A stretch of DNA of 64,000 nucleotides from Callorhinchus milii. Lineage: Eukaryota. The first letter of the stretch is position 1, and each line of letters begins with the position of its first letter. Made by a program: the position numbers and the translations under genes. A model generated the notes under the pieces. The model was not told where the DNA came from. It made no database searches and saw only the letters and a program-made list of their open reading frames with translations. Of this stretch, positions 38,481 through 51,400 are shown piece after piece. Location: NCBI RefSeq assembly GCF_018977255.1, contig NW_024704742.1, positions 36,520,001 through 36,584,000 of the forward strand, written 5' to 3'.

Positions 38481-38724
38481 CTGCTTTGATCACTGCATTG
38501 GGGTACTGCTGGAATGAAGTGCTTCATTAACACATTATATCAAGTGGAAGGATTATTAATACTCATTACAAAGCAATTCTTTGTAAATCTTTGAAATTGA
38601 GTAATGGTAATTCATGAGTTGTTCCTTTTTTCCCTTGGCTGACCAGCCACCAGTTCAAAATTAGGACACAAATGTGGTTTCCTTTGAAAAAATATCAGCC
38701 AATTTTATTCTCGCCTCCGTTTGT

Positions 38725-39000
38725 GGATTCAAACTCTAGTTCCAGATTTGAGCTCATATTTCAAGCTAACACTCCAGTGCACTACCGAGGAATGCTACAT
38801 TGCCAGTGTTGTCATGCTTCTTGTGAGATATTAAACCTGTTCTTCAGGTAAATATTAAACATCCGGTGACTCTTCGAAAATTGAAGAAAATTTCTGAATA
38901 AGCCACTAGTTAAATCAGTCACATCATGACTATTTGTAGGACCATGGTGTGTATAAAATGACTGCCATATTTGCCTACAAAAATTGTCACTGTTCCTTAA
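38725..39000 (+). mobile_element. Decayed Deu-domain SINE
   Basis: GCTAACACTCCAGTGCACTACCGAGGAATGCTACATTG...GAGATATTAAACC. Confidence 0.7.
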
Positions 39001-39039
39001 CATTCGCAAAGTCAAGAGTTCAACATACTCTCACAGACC

Positions 39040-39240
39040 AGCCTTGATTGAGGTCATCCCCACAGTCATCAGTTGACACACAAACACTTTTCAGTAAGAA
39101 GTCACTGGCGAGATATCAGTAGGAACCCTGAATGAATTATTTCATTAACTATTCCTGTGGCTCTGCCAACACCCTGGTTGGATCAGTTAACTCAGTACAG
39201 GATTAGTGGATTTTTGTTACCATTAAGCTATTGGGAAAGC
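39040..39240 (-). mobile_element. AmnSINE2-like fragment
   Basis: GATCAGTTAACTCAGTACAG matches the reverse complement of the recalled CTGTGCTGAGTTAGCTGATC block. Confidence 0.5.
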
Positions 39241-42200
39241 TGCACAGAGACATTCAACTGTCTGCACTTACCCACAAAGAGGTGTGGCTCTAAATATTGA
39301 GCAAGTCTTTACAAGCAGAAATACCAACCGATTTATACACAAAGTAGTTTGACTACAGAATACTGAATATTCCTACTGTTTTCAAACTGCAGTTTAATAT
39401 TGGGGGCACAAACATATCTAACTGGAATGACACCAATAAATTAAGTTTGGATACCAATTGGGTCTTTGTACAAAGTTCCTCATGTTTGATTCTTAATGCT
39501 GGCTTTCTTCAATAAAGATAGCAATGTGAAGTTGGGTTACGACAAGCACATGAATTTAATTTTGCAGACCCACCCTAAAACTCTGGGTACAACCCGGTTT
39601 AAAACCAGAACAAAACAGTTATCAGGTGGGTGAAGATATCTTTTGGCGAAAACTGCGTATGTATGTGTGCATATGTGCATGTTGTGATGAGACCAGAATG
39701 GTACGCAACTGCAATGTCTGCCAGGATTGCACAGACTGACAACTTTCACTGTTCAGGCTCACAAATGGGCTGGGTGCCAGATAAACAATACCACCATTAG
39801 AATTTGGGAATTTCAGGGGAGAAAAAAGTGGAAGTGGTAAAATAAATACTTTTTGGCCCTCTGTGTTGCAGATCCAGGAAAAATGAGAACATTGATCTTT
39901 GAAAAAAAGTATCCTTCGTCGATATTTTGCAATATTTGTTTGCAGTGCTCTTCGTCTCTGCTCTGCTAACATCCTCCCAGTATTCCAATTTGGAAGAATT
40001 TTATGACGAAATGTGATTATTCTGGTGGACTTTTAAATAAAAATTATCCAAGATTTGTTTTTAATTTCCACTGCCACCTGACTGAAATGCAAATGGCAGC
40101 TTGAATTTATTTCAATGTTTTCAACTTGGTCTGATTTCTAAATGAATGCAAATTTCCATTCCTTTGCTACTGGAGCTTGTGCTCATTTTCAGTCGTGCTC
40201 ATTTTTTTGTTAAAGAAATCCTCTTTTTATACCACACATTGTTATAGATTCTCATCGAATGTACTCAAAGGTCATGTAATAATAGGTGCTGCTCCACAGG
40301 GCCGGACTGTTTGTCTCATTGCCATTTTTCTGTCTGCTTTCCCTTCCTGCCCTCCTAGTCAAATAAGGGCAGCCAGCAACCACATTATCTTTGACTAGTT
40401 GGTTCTTTAACTATCTGTACACAATGTTCAGTATTTACTACAGTTCCTGTAGTCGAGGATTGTAAAGAGACAATTTGACAGCAAGTGACTAGCAGTCACT
40501 ATCTTTTATTCTGAATTTCCACTCAATGTCTCTCTAACTCTTCCTCTGGTTGGACTTATTCCAGTACACTTACAATCCGAAACACTGATCAGCATATCAA
40601 TTTGTAAATGTTCTGGTTCAGGCATCTTGACGTCAAGCGCCACCATAAAAATACTTGCTTTTGATATTGTGCTTTGCTGCTTGAAACATCTGAAAGTGCT
40701 TCACACAGGGGAATTACTTTTGAAGTGTGATGACTTATGAAGGCAAATGCAGCAGATAACCTATGCTAGCTCACAAACAGCAAGGAGATGAACAACATTT
40801 AGCACAAATCTTCAACCTTCTGTTAACACACAACAAAATGCCATTTCATCCAACTGTACCATCCTCTTCAGGCTCCACAAGAATGACATTTTAAAATCTA
40901 TTTTATCCCTTTTGAATATTAAACGGAGCTTAATTAGCGCGCATCGGAAATGTTTCTTTACATCCCCTTATGACTTCCAATGGGTCTGATTTGACATCTA
41001 ATTGCTTAGGCCTTAAACAATGTTACAGGACCTTCAGCTGCAGATCAGTGCAGTGTGGTTGTCAAATACCAGGTTGTGAACAAAAGAAGCATAACAAAGA
41101 GATACTTCTATTGAGTTTATATGGTGTGGGTTTTTATTGCAAAGCAAGTACATTTCATAACACATAAAACATATGAAACCTTTTTCCCAATTGACAAATG
41201 TATGGTGAAGAGCCAATGCCCATACACCAGAAGCATATGAAATGAGAGTGCAGAAGAGAAGATAAGTCAAGTGGCAAGGAGACAGAAAGCTTGCCTTAAG
41301 TGCAACGGTTGGCAACACAATCTCAAAACTGCAATTTTATTTCCGAGATGCCAATTTAAATCTAAATTTAAAAAATGTAAATTTCAAGTGAATTTCAAGT
41401 GGAGCAGCACTTCTAATAAATACCCTGCTCAGGCTCAGCCCTGAGAATCTGGGCACACACAGCAGATTTCTCAAGCGTGCTCCAGCTCACCTGCAGTCTG
41501 ACTGTTCTCAGGCAGCGAACTTGCAGTCGCTCCATCGGCTTCATTCCACCTGAACTGACACGATTAAGGATGAGCTTATACTATTTTAAAAATGTTCTGG
41601 TGTCTTTTTAAAAAAAGGTACATTTTCATCTTGGCTTCATTTAAAATCATATCCCAGGCAGGTCTAGCTTTAACCACTTGAACAGCAGATGGGAAAGAAA
41701 TAGGAGTTGGCAGAGAGCATTTTTTGTTGCTGTCACAGTTGCCTTTTTCCTCCGTCTTGGAGCGTAAACATGATGCGACTCCTACATGAAGTGAGCTTCT
41801 GCAGCATCGACCTTAATATAGTCAGTGCAAGGCCACTGCACATACACACACGTCGCTCACACTCAGAAAGACAACAAGGTCAGCTAGCTTGCCAGGCAGA
41901 ATAGCTTCCTCTGGTGCAAGAAGGTCTTCTTACAAGATTGGGTTTAAAGCATATTTGGAGGCAGAAGAGAAGCATTATTCAGCATTTAGCTGTGATATAG
42001 GAGCATTTGTCAAGCCATAGTGATGTCAAAAGATCGCCAATATTGACAGCAATACTCATCTTTATGTGTAAAAATTAATCTTAAAACATGAATACAAATA
42101 AATGTACTGGTGAATTTGGGTAGCAAGATAAGATATGGTATCTTCTCTCCGCCTGGTGTAAGAGTCCTACATGTTATGTCATCAGTTTGGCCATTCTAAA

Positions 42201-43430
42201 TCTGGATTTCAATGAGCAGATCCACTGCTGAAAACTGTTCACAAGTGGGGATAGATTATATATGTAACAATGCAGAAATCCATGGAAAAGCTGCCAAATC
42301 CAAACTAGCCCCAAGTGCAGTTTCTCTTCCAAGACTTATCCAAAATGGTGGCCTATTGCCATGCTAGCTTCCATACACACCCAAACCTCCAGACTCCATC
42401 ATAACATTCTACATAAATAAGGTTGTTCACCTGCCTATGGGAATGAATCCAACCCCTCAGGATTATACCCAATGCCAGCCAGGTTATACTGACCACATGT
42501 ATTGAATCCTTCACAATCTGAAGCCTCACACTCAGGCACATACATGAGATGTGAGAGTTTACATATGTCTGGGCATGTGCCATGAAGCTCTACCCCTCAG
42601 AGCCAGCCAGAATATGTAGCGTGACTGATAGATTGTGGCGAACGCAATTGCTCAGGAGCCAGAACTCACGCAGGCAAGTTAGGTAACTACAATTAGGTGC
42701 TAATTGGTATTAAACTGGTAGTTTTAGACAGGTCACTAGGATTCCAACTTTGGGAAATGAAAGTATACAATCTGGGAAAAGTGTGCATCTGATGCCAAAA
42801 ACATAAAAATACAGAAACAAAGATCCTTTAAATCATTTCCCTACACTGAGCGAATAGGAATATAGTATGAAGATTAACTGCAGCGGTCTTCAAATGTGCA
42901 CTTCAAGTGAACAAAAAACAAAATCAAATCCTCATTCAATTAGTCCTGCAGTAGTCGGCAATGGACACTTCAGCCAGTCACCCTTACCCATCATTTTGAA
43001 AAATATATAATCCTGCACTGGTCCTTTAGTGATGTACTCATCAGTTGTAAAACTGTACAACAACAGCTTGCATTTATATCGCACTCTTTTCATAGGATAA
43101 CTGTCCTGAGTCGCTCCCTCCCTTCATGCTGGGCCTATCTCAACATGTACCTCGTTTCTGTGTTCATCTTTCTCCTTCCCGTCCCGTTCGGCTCCCACCC
43201 CTATCTTAGGTACTCAACCAGCACGATTGAGCACTTTGAGACATCACCCAATGTGAAAAGCGCTATACAAATGCAAATGTATTGCATAACATTAGATGAA
43301 CAAACCATCAATTGCTATATCACCCACAAAATATAGTCACCCCACTCGGTATTTCCTGTGGTCTTTTTAGACATCTTCCTGACGTGAACGGTTTGATATT
43401 AAATGCAATGATCATTAATAGTATTGTATA

Positions 43431-43795
43431 CAACAACAACAACAAGCTTCCATTTATAGAGCGCCTTTCAGGTCGGGAGGACGTCCCAAGGCGCTGGACA
43501 GTTGGGTCAGGACCCAAGCAGGGGGGAAATGGTTAGGGTGAGGAGAGGGAAGGGAGGGGGCGAGGAGGGGGTAGAGAATCGAGAGGGGAGCTAAAGGCAC
43601 GGTCAAAGAGAAAGGTCTTGAGACTGGCCTTGAAGGAGGAAAGGGAGGAAGCAAGGCGAAGGCACTGGGGGATAGACTTCCAGAGCCTCGGGGCTGAGAG
43701 GCTGAATGCCCAGCCACCGATGGTAGGGCGGTTGGGGCGGGGGATGTGGAGCAGACCAGAGCCAGAGGAACGGAGGGTACGGGCAGGTAGGTAGG
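43431..43795 (-). mobile_element. Young L2 3' fragment
   Basis: Near-identical (inverted) to about 50440-50800. Confidence 0.93.
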
Positions 43796-44253
43796 GGGAT
43801 AGACTGACCCTTATACACAGAGCTTATAGATTTATGAACATGTGGAAGCCACGTGCCTGGATATCAGATATCACTGATATCTGTATTGGGAATTGCAATC
43901 TTCACCAACTTTCATTTTGGTAAGAAGAACTACAACTCCCAGAAATCATTGTGGACATTTCCCTGACCTATTTTTTTTCAAATTGTATTGCTTGTGGAAA
44001 GGGGACATTTTCAGGTTCAAGAGCCTCTCAAAACAATTGATCTGAAAAAAAATTATTATTTGTAAAGCACAATTTGATGGTTAAAACTGGGGTTCTTCTG
44101 AAACATTTCTGTAGTCATGGGCCACAAATTTAATCTTTCTGGACCATTCATTGTCACTGATGGAAACAAAAATAGATATTTCAGCACATACGATGGCAGC
44201 CCATCATGCCTTTGCTTCTGCTACCTCTGTTGTGTTGTAAGTCGTCCTTTCTT

Positions 44254-44972
44254 GGGTCCTGTAGCTCAGTGGTTACAACAACAAAAACTTGCACTTATAT
44301 AGCGCCCGCCACGCAGGGTAGTGACTCAGTGCACTTAACAGTGGCAGAGCTTGACTCCAAACCGGAGGTAGCCATAAGCACTGTCGCAGAAGAATGTTTT
44401 CAGGAGGGAATTGAAAGAGGAGGGGGGGCAAGGCAGAGGGATTGAGGGACATTGTTCCAGAGTTCTGGGGTGTAGTGGCTGAAACCATGACCTCCGATGG
44501 TGGGGTGGAGGGTGTGAGGAATGAGCAGGAGGCCGGTGCTAGTCGAGCAGAGGCGCCGGGTGGTGGATTGGGAAATGAGGAGGTTGGAGAGGTAGGGATT
44601 TGCTAGGAAGTGAATGGATTTGAACACGAGTGTGAGGTTAGAGCACTTGCCTTACAAGTGAGAGACCTGGGTTCGATTCCCGGCAGGGTCAAATACTGGG
44701 CAAGTTTTCTTACTCCACACGCCTCTGTTTACCTAGCAGTAAATAGGAACCCAGTTGTTAGTCAATTGGCAGATCGCTTTTCCGGGGGTAATAATTCCTT
44801 CAAAAAAATAATGATAATAAATTAGTCACTCAGTCCATGACTTTTTGTGGGACACTGCTATTCGTCCACGAATATAGTCAATTCACTTTATAGTATATTC
44901 TGTGAAGCGCTTTGAGTCGTCTCGAAGACGTGATAAGGCATTATATTCAATGCAAGGATTATTATTATTATT
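44254..44972 (+). mobile_element. tRNA-derived SINE, long form, with its head interrupted by an L2 fragment (44276-44635, minus)
   Basis: GTCCTGTAGCTCAGTGGTTA | L2 | GGTTAGAGCACTTGCC...; GGTTA is duplicated; 64-nt central domain at 44725-44788. Confidence 0.9.
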
Positions 44973-45676
44973 TGGTTGCTTCAAATTTCTAATATCAATA
45001 TACAAATGCAAAGCAGAAGAGTATTTCAGCTTGAGAGGAGCTCATTTCAGTTTCAGGTCATTACTTTTCCACAAGATATCACCTTGTCACCAGTTGGACA
45101 CAATTATGGATATTGAGCGTGAATTCATAACCAAAACAAAATGAGAAAGGAAACCAGGAGGAATAGTCATTAAAAAGGGAGAAGCTAACAGCGGAGAGAA
45201 AGAAAAAGAAGAGAGAGAGAATGACCAGCAGAAGAGTGAATAACTGTCAAGACCAGAATCCAGGTCAACGTATTCAGTCAGAAATAATCCACAATGGTAC
45301 AGTGAGTCAATAAGGTTAGGAAACAAATGATTGAGAATAGTTGGTCAGTGGATGGAAGTAATTGTAACCATGGTATTACCTGAACAGTCAATTAACTAGT
45401 TGAGAGTTTCCCAAACATGGTTTAACAACAACTACTTCACTTGTATGGAGGCCCATCACACAGGCCCTGCAAAGTGGCCGAACTGGCCACCGAGCCAGGG
45501 AGAAGGGGAGGAGAGGTGACCACAGGCACAGTCGAAGAGATAGATCTTAAAGTAGGATTTAAGATAGATCTTAAAGTGGGATGATAAAGGGTGGGGGGTG
45601 GGGAACTAGGCAGAGGGACTAAGGCTGGGAGTTACAGAGGTTATAGCATAGTAACTGGAGGTATGGCCATCGATAG

Positions 45677-45797
45677 TGTGGAGTCCTGTAGCGTAGTGAT
45701 CAGAGCACTCGCCTCGCAAGCGAGAGGACTGGGATTCGATTCCCGGGGAGGACAAAACTTTGAGCAAGTTTCCTTACTCCACACGCCTCTGTTACCA
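45677..45797 (+). mobile_element. 5' part of the long-form tRNA-derived SINE
   Basis: GTGGAGTCCTGTAGCGTAGTG...CACGCCTCTGTTACC, truncated. Confidence 0.85.
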
Positions 45798-46274
45798 ACA
45801 AAAGAGGGACTTATTCTCCCCTTGTCAATAAATCTACTGAACCTTAATGGTGTACATTTAGCTTGGGAAATTCCCATTATGTGCACACTCAGAACTGTAA
45901 TATGATGCCTGAACTCAAGTGTCTTCAATATATACATATAAGGCTGTGGTTGTGAAGGGTACAACTCTAATTCCAATAATACTGTAACATTGAAAAAACA
46001 CCTTAAAATTCACAAATGTTCTCAAGGTACCATCACACAACAGACACGAATGAAGTGAATTCCTAACAGAAAGACACTAAGTCTGGCTCAATGAACAATC
46101 GACTTTCGCCCAATTCAAGCATTTCAGATTCAGGATCCCCTGTCCCTATTCCACTGCAATGAAAGACATTTAATGACATACAAGTTAAGTTGTTGTTGTG
46201 TTGTAAGCTTCCCTCGTAGAATAGCAAACGTCCAGAACTGAACTGGTATCTTTTATTTCACCTACTGCGACAAA

Positions 46275-46625
46275 ATAATGAATATCTAGAAAGAACCTGC
46301 ACTTTATATACAGTAAAGGCTTATCACAAGGAAATTTTCAGTGTCATTGTAATTGCTGTCAAATATAATGACTGTTTTTGTAGGCAAACGCGACAGCCAC
46401 CTGCACCAGCCATGAGGTGATTGACCAATTAATCTGGAGAATTGTTGGCCAATACACAGAGAAACTCACTGCTCTTTTCGAATAGAATCATGGGATTTAT
46501 AAGATGCATTCAAAAGACGCCACCTTTAACAGTGCAACACACTGGCAGTAATGCAAACGAATATAAACTCAGGTCCTGAGATCGGCTTAAACAATCAGAG
46601 GTGAGAGTACACAAATGAAATCAAA
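46275..46625 (-). mobile_element. Decayed Deu-domain SINE
   Basis: CTGCTCTTTTCGAATAGAATCATGGGAT...AAAAGACGCCACCTTTAACAGTGCAACAC. Confidence 0.65.
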
Positions 46626-46817
46626 CTGATAGACCAGGTGAGCCAAACAACAACAAACGACAAATTACATTTGTTTTGGGTCTTTCATGTCAGGAGGACG
46701 TCCCAAACGCTGATAGATATAGAAATAGGATTCAGTTGATACAGATCTTGTTGCTGCATAATACCTGGCACAATTTTGACTCCCACCCAGCCCATGAACG
46801 TTAGATAAATATAATAC

Positions 46818-47103
46818 AATAATAATCCTTTCATTTGATATAGCACTTTTCACGACTTCTACACATCTCAAAGCGCTTCACAGAATACACTGTAAAGTGA
46901 ATTGACTGTATATTTGTCGGCGAAACATGGCAGCCAATTGCACACAGCAGTGTCCCACAAACAGTCGTAGATTGAAGTGACCAATTTATTATTGTTTTTT
47001 TCCTTGAGGGATTATTACCAGACTTGTGGAGTAAGGAAACTTGCCCAAGATTTCGCCCTACCAGGAATTGAACCCAGGTTCAACCACTGAGCCACAGCAC
47101 TCC
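46818..47103 (-). mobile_element. tRNA-derived SINE, short body with older tail
   Basis: Lacks the central domain; tail reads GAGATGTGTAGAAGTCGTG on the minus strand. Confidence 0.9.
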
Positions 47104-47771
47104 ATAAGTTTCGGATCTGACTCAACTCAACCTATAAACGATTAAGTTTAAACGATGAATTTGATTCAATGCTCAATTGCACAACTTCACAATCTTGCTG
47201 TTGTAACCTCTATTGCACATAAAGTGTAAGAAAGTTGGGTCAAGACATATTGGGATCAAGGCTTTGTTGTGACATCCTCACAACTAACAAGCCTGTAAAC
47301 TTATTGTCTAAATTGAAGCGTCAATAGTCACTCTGGTGACTGCTAGAGAATGGCCAGAATTTGAGAACCATATTACAAATTAGCTGCCTTCAGGAGACAT
47401 AAAAAGGAGAAAAGGGATTGTTGGGGGAGATGGGGGAGATGACCTACTGTACAACTTCCAGGTATCTTTCTAAATCTTCCTGTTTCGGTTCGATTCAATT
47501 TACTAGAAATTTCTGGCCCATATTTTTATAACCTATACGTTATAAAATCAAAGTAATGTTTAGCAGCTCAATGAATTTTCACCACCGAGAATTAATAATA
47601 ATAATCCTTGCATTTGATATAGCACCTTATCACATCGTTGAGACGTCTCAAAGTGCTTCAGGGTATACTATAAAGTGAATTTACTGTATATTTTGCGGGC
47701 GAAGCTAAATTGTCCATCTTAAATTTGAGAACACCAAGGATATTAAGGATCTCCAGTCTGCAGCATGTATT

Positions 47772-48154
47772 GTGGAGTCCTGTAGCTCAGTGGTGAGAGC
47801 ACTCGCCTTGCAAGGGAGAGACATAGGTTCTATTCACAGCAGGGAGAAATGTTGGGTGAGTTTGCTTACTCCAGAAGCCTCTTTACCTAGAAGTAAGTAG
47901 GAACCCAGTCGATTGGCGGATTACTTTTCCGGGGATAATAATCCCTCCCAAATTTTTTTTTTTTTTAAACTTGATCACTCAGTCCATGACTGTTTGGGGG
48001 ACACTGCTGTGTGCAATTGGCTGCCGCGATTCACAGTCAATTCACAGTGAATTTACAGTCAATTCACTTTACAGTATATTCTGTGAAGCGCTTTGAGACG
48101 TCTAGAAGACACGAAAAGCACAATATCAAATGCAAGGATTATTATCATTATTAT
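47772..48154 (+). mobile_element. tRNA-derived SINE, long form
   Basis: Head, CTTTACCTAGAAGTAAGTAGGAACCC central domain, older tail. Confidence 0.92.
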
Positions 48155-48175
48155 CACTGAGCTACAGGACTACAG

Positions 48176-48497
48176 TGGAGTCCTGTAGCTCAGTGGTTAG
48201 AGCACTCGCTTTGCAAGCGAGAGACCTGAGTTCAATTCCCGGCAGGGCGAAACCTTGGGCAAGTTTCCTTACTCCACACGCCTAATAATCCCTCCAAAAC
48301 CAAAAACCAATAATAAATTGGTCATTTTCAATCTACGACTGTTTGTGGGACATTGCTGTGCACAATTGGCTGCCGCGTTCGCCCACAAATATACAGTCAA
48401 ATCACTTTACAGTGTGTTTTGTGAAGCGCTTTGGGACGTCCTCCCGACGTGAAAAGCGCTATATCAAATGCAAGGATTATTATTATTATTATTATTG
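48176..48497 (+). mobile_element. Young tRNA(Ala)-derived SINE, short form
   Basis: Full-length; preceded by an inverted copy of its own head. Confidence 0.96.
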
Positions 48498-49804
48498 CAG
48501 TTGTATAAGAATGTACTGACTGCCCCCACAGGTTCCTGCAGTGTTCAACACATCCTAGAAGATGATGCTAAAAGTTGGTAACCAACAAATCCAACTACCG
48601 GAAATTCACTTGCAAAGTATTGGTTAGAGATTAAGATCATAAAGATAGAGTTGTGGTTACCCAAATGTTCCTTTATGTCTTGCAACTCTACAACCTTTTT
48701 TTCTCTTCCAGATTCAAATCTGTGCTGAATTAGCTCCATCTCAAAGGCTCAATGCCTCTGCGTTAGAAGTGTAGAGGGAAATAAATAATCAACCAGATCT
48801 TCGCTTCTGATGATTATGCTAAGAAACCCATTAGAAGATGTTTGCATGTGCTTGAGAGAGGGAACAGTCACACATGGACAACAGCCACATAGAATCACGA
48901 CAACATTCAAGTCTGTAAAACCGTGCCCAGTAGAATGAATAAGCAATCAAATGCTTCCAGTAAAGGAGTGAAGAATTGTCAGACCCCATCATGTAGGTGT
49001 ATACCTACAAAATAAACAGTCGCTGGACTTATCAATCAGTATATCCTGTGAAACACTTTTAGACAGCTTCTTGGTGTGAAAGGATTACGAATTATGATTT
49101 ATTGATCCATAGCATTTTTTAATAAAATCCACTTTCTCAGTAGACAAAGCATTAATTGTAATTAGGTCATCTATATAACACACAGACCAAAACATTCTTC
49201 CTTGCTGCAGTTAATTTCTTGGGGAAAAGGCAGCAAAGTTACCAAACGTATAGAACAGACCAAACAATCAATGGATCACAATGTGCCTTCCCGAGCTGGG
49301 AGATTAATAAGATGTGTTTCAGGATTTCGAGCTGCAGCATTTTGTTTGAATGCTCTCTTTGATAAGAGAATATAAAGCGCTCCAGTGAAAACCTCACCCT
49401 GGAATGAACAGTCTTCCTCTCGAATACGCTCTAGTGACATGAAATAATTTCCGTCCCCAACACTTAGTAACTATCCATTTTACAACAATTTGCCAAACGT
49501 TACTCATGTAATAAAAATGTCACATTTCAGTAGCTGAATGCAACAACACTATAGTGCAATAGCGTCTTCTGTTTATACTGTACAGCACTTTATGTTGAAT
49601 ACAGCTTCAGTCCAGTCCTATTGAGACCCGACTGTTTGTCTCCATGATTCTGCACAAGTGATTGCCCAAGACAGCAGTACAGATGTAGTGCATATTCAGA
49701 CAGGACACAAATGAAATCTGGGACCTAAAACACGACACAAACATGGAACAAATCCAATTGAAATAAAAATGTATGAATCAACAATGTGCATAATAAATAT
49801 AAGC

Positions 49805-50183
49805 ACATTCTACCTTCCGGAGGGAGGTAAATAGAATTGGCTCCAAGGTGACATGTTTGGCAACGTAATGTCGGAATGGAGCCAGCCATCTGTAGTGGTC
49901 TTGGTCGTCCAGTTCCTAAGCCAGGTGGTCCACAGTACTCCAGGGCACTGCTGATGACAGCGCTGCCAGCCTGGCACATTGGCAGGACATGGAAGGGCAG
50001 ACCAGTCACTGGGGCTGGGAATTCTCCCTCTCGGCTCCTGTTAACCCTGCATTCCATTCCACCGATCTAACTCTGGGATTTCCATGTATAGGTGGGATAC
50101 ATAGCCTTCTCAGGTTGGTTTGACTACTCTTAAGTATGGTGATTAGTTTGCGCATGTGTCAGACACCCGGCTGAACAAAAAAA
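49805..50183 (+). mobile_element. LF-SINE/UCON3-like element
   Basis: GTGGTCTTGGTCGTCCAGTTCCTAAGCCAGGTGGTCCACA and GGCACATTGGCAGG resemble recalled LF-SINE blocks; A-rich 3' end. Confidence 0.7.
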
Positions 50184-50229
50184 TATACATATACAAACAC
50201 ATTATAAAATATTATTAACAATAATAATT

Positions 50230-51400
50230 TTAAGGGTGGAAGTTAACCCTGTGTCTGCAGATGATGCCAATAGGGAGCATGCAGGTGAGGAAAAGTGAGG
50301 GGAGTGAGGATGGAACCCCTGAGGTATTCTGTAGGTGACTTTACCTTGTGTTACCTCGAATTCAAGATCCTCATCCTCATCTACAAGACCATTCACAGCC
50401 TCGCTCCCTCCTACCTCTCCGACCTACTGTCCCCCCATCTACCTGCCCGTACCCTCCGTTCCTCTGGCTCCGGTCTGCTCCACATCCCCCGCCCCAACCG
50501 CCCTACCATCGGTGGCCGGGCCTTCAGCTTCTCAGCCCCGAGGCTCTGGAACTCTATCCCCCAGTGCCTTCGCCGCCTCCTCCCTTTCCTCCTTCAAGGC
50601 CGGTCTCAAGACCTTTCTCTTTGACCGTGCCTTCAGCTCCCCTCTCGACTCTCTACCCCTTCCTCGTTCCCTCCCTTCCCTCCCCTCACCCTGACCATTT
50701 CTTCCCTGCTCGGGTCCTGACCCAACTGTCCAGCGCTTTGGGACGTCCTCCCAACGTGAAAGGCGCTCTATAAATGGAATCTTGTTGTTGTTGTTGTTGT
50801 GAGGGCTGGAGGAGAAATCTTTGGAGGAAACAAAGTGGAGACAGTGGGTCAAGTTGAATTGGAACTAAGAGTGTGGTCCTACCGAGGTGGATGAAGGAGA
50901 GGGGGATTGAAGAGGATGAAGTGATCGACAATGTCAAAAGTGGTAGTGGACAAAAAAAGGCAGAGGAAGCCCCGGTCGCAAAGAGAATGTACATCGTTGG
51001 AGACTTTGACAAGGCCTGTCCCAGTGCTGTGGGCAGAATGGCGTGGAGAGACTCAAGCAGGAGAGGTAGGAGCAAAGTCGAGAAGCTACTACTCAAACCA
51101 GGGCGTCACAAAGATTTACCTGAAATTAATAAGGGAGGGTGGGGAGGGGGAAAGGAGGCAGATGACTGCAAGTATGATCAAAGAGGTAGGTTTTAAGGTG
51201 ACTTTTACAGGTAGATAGAGAGTGAAGAGATCACTGCAGGTGTCCTTGTCAGAGCGGAGAGGAGAAGCCATTGGAGGAAACAAAATGGAGGTGACACATC
51301 AATCGAGTAGGAATGGAACCAGGAAAGTGTGGTCACAGAGAGGTGCATGAGCGACAAAAGGTGATCAAAAAGGACAGAATAGTCAATAGTGAAACATTTC
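50230..51400 (-). mobile_element. Old L2 RT-region fragments interrupted by a young L2
   Basis: 50230-50340 and 50801 onward are co-linear with about 22030-22496; a second overlapping fragment lies at about 51230-51400. Confidence 0.8.
50355..50800 (+). mobile_element. Young L2 3' fragment
   Basis: EFKILILIYKTIHSLAPSYLSDLL...GGRAFSFSAPRLWNSIP, tail and (TTG)n. Confidence 0.95.
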
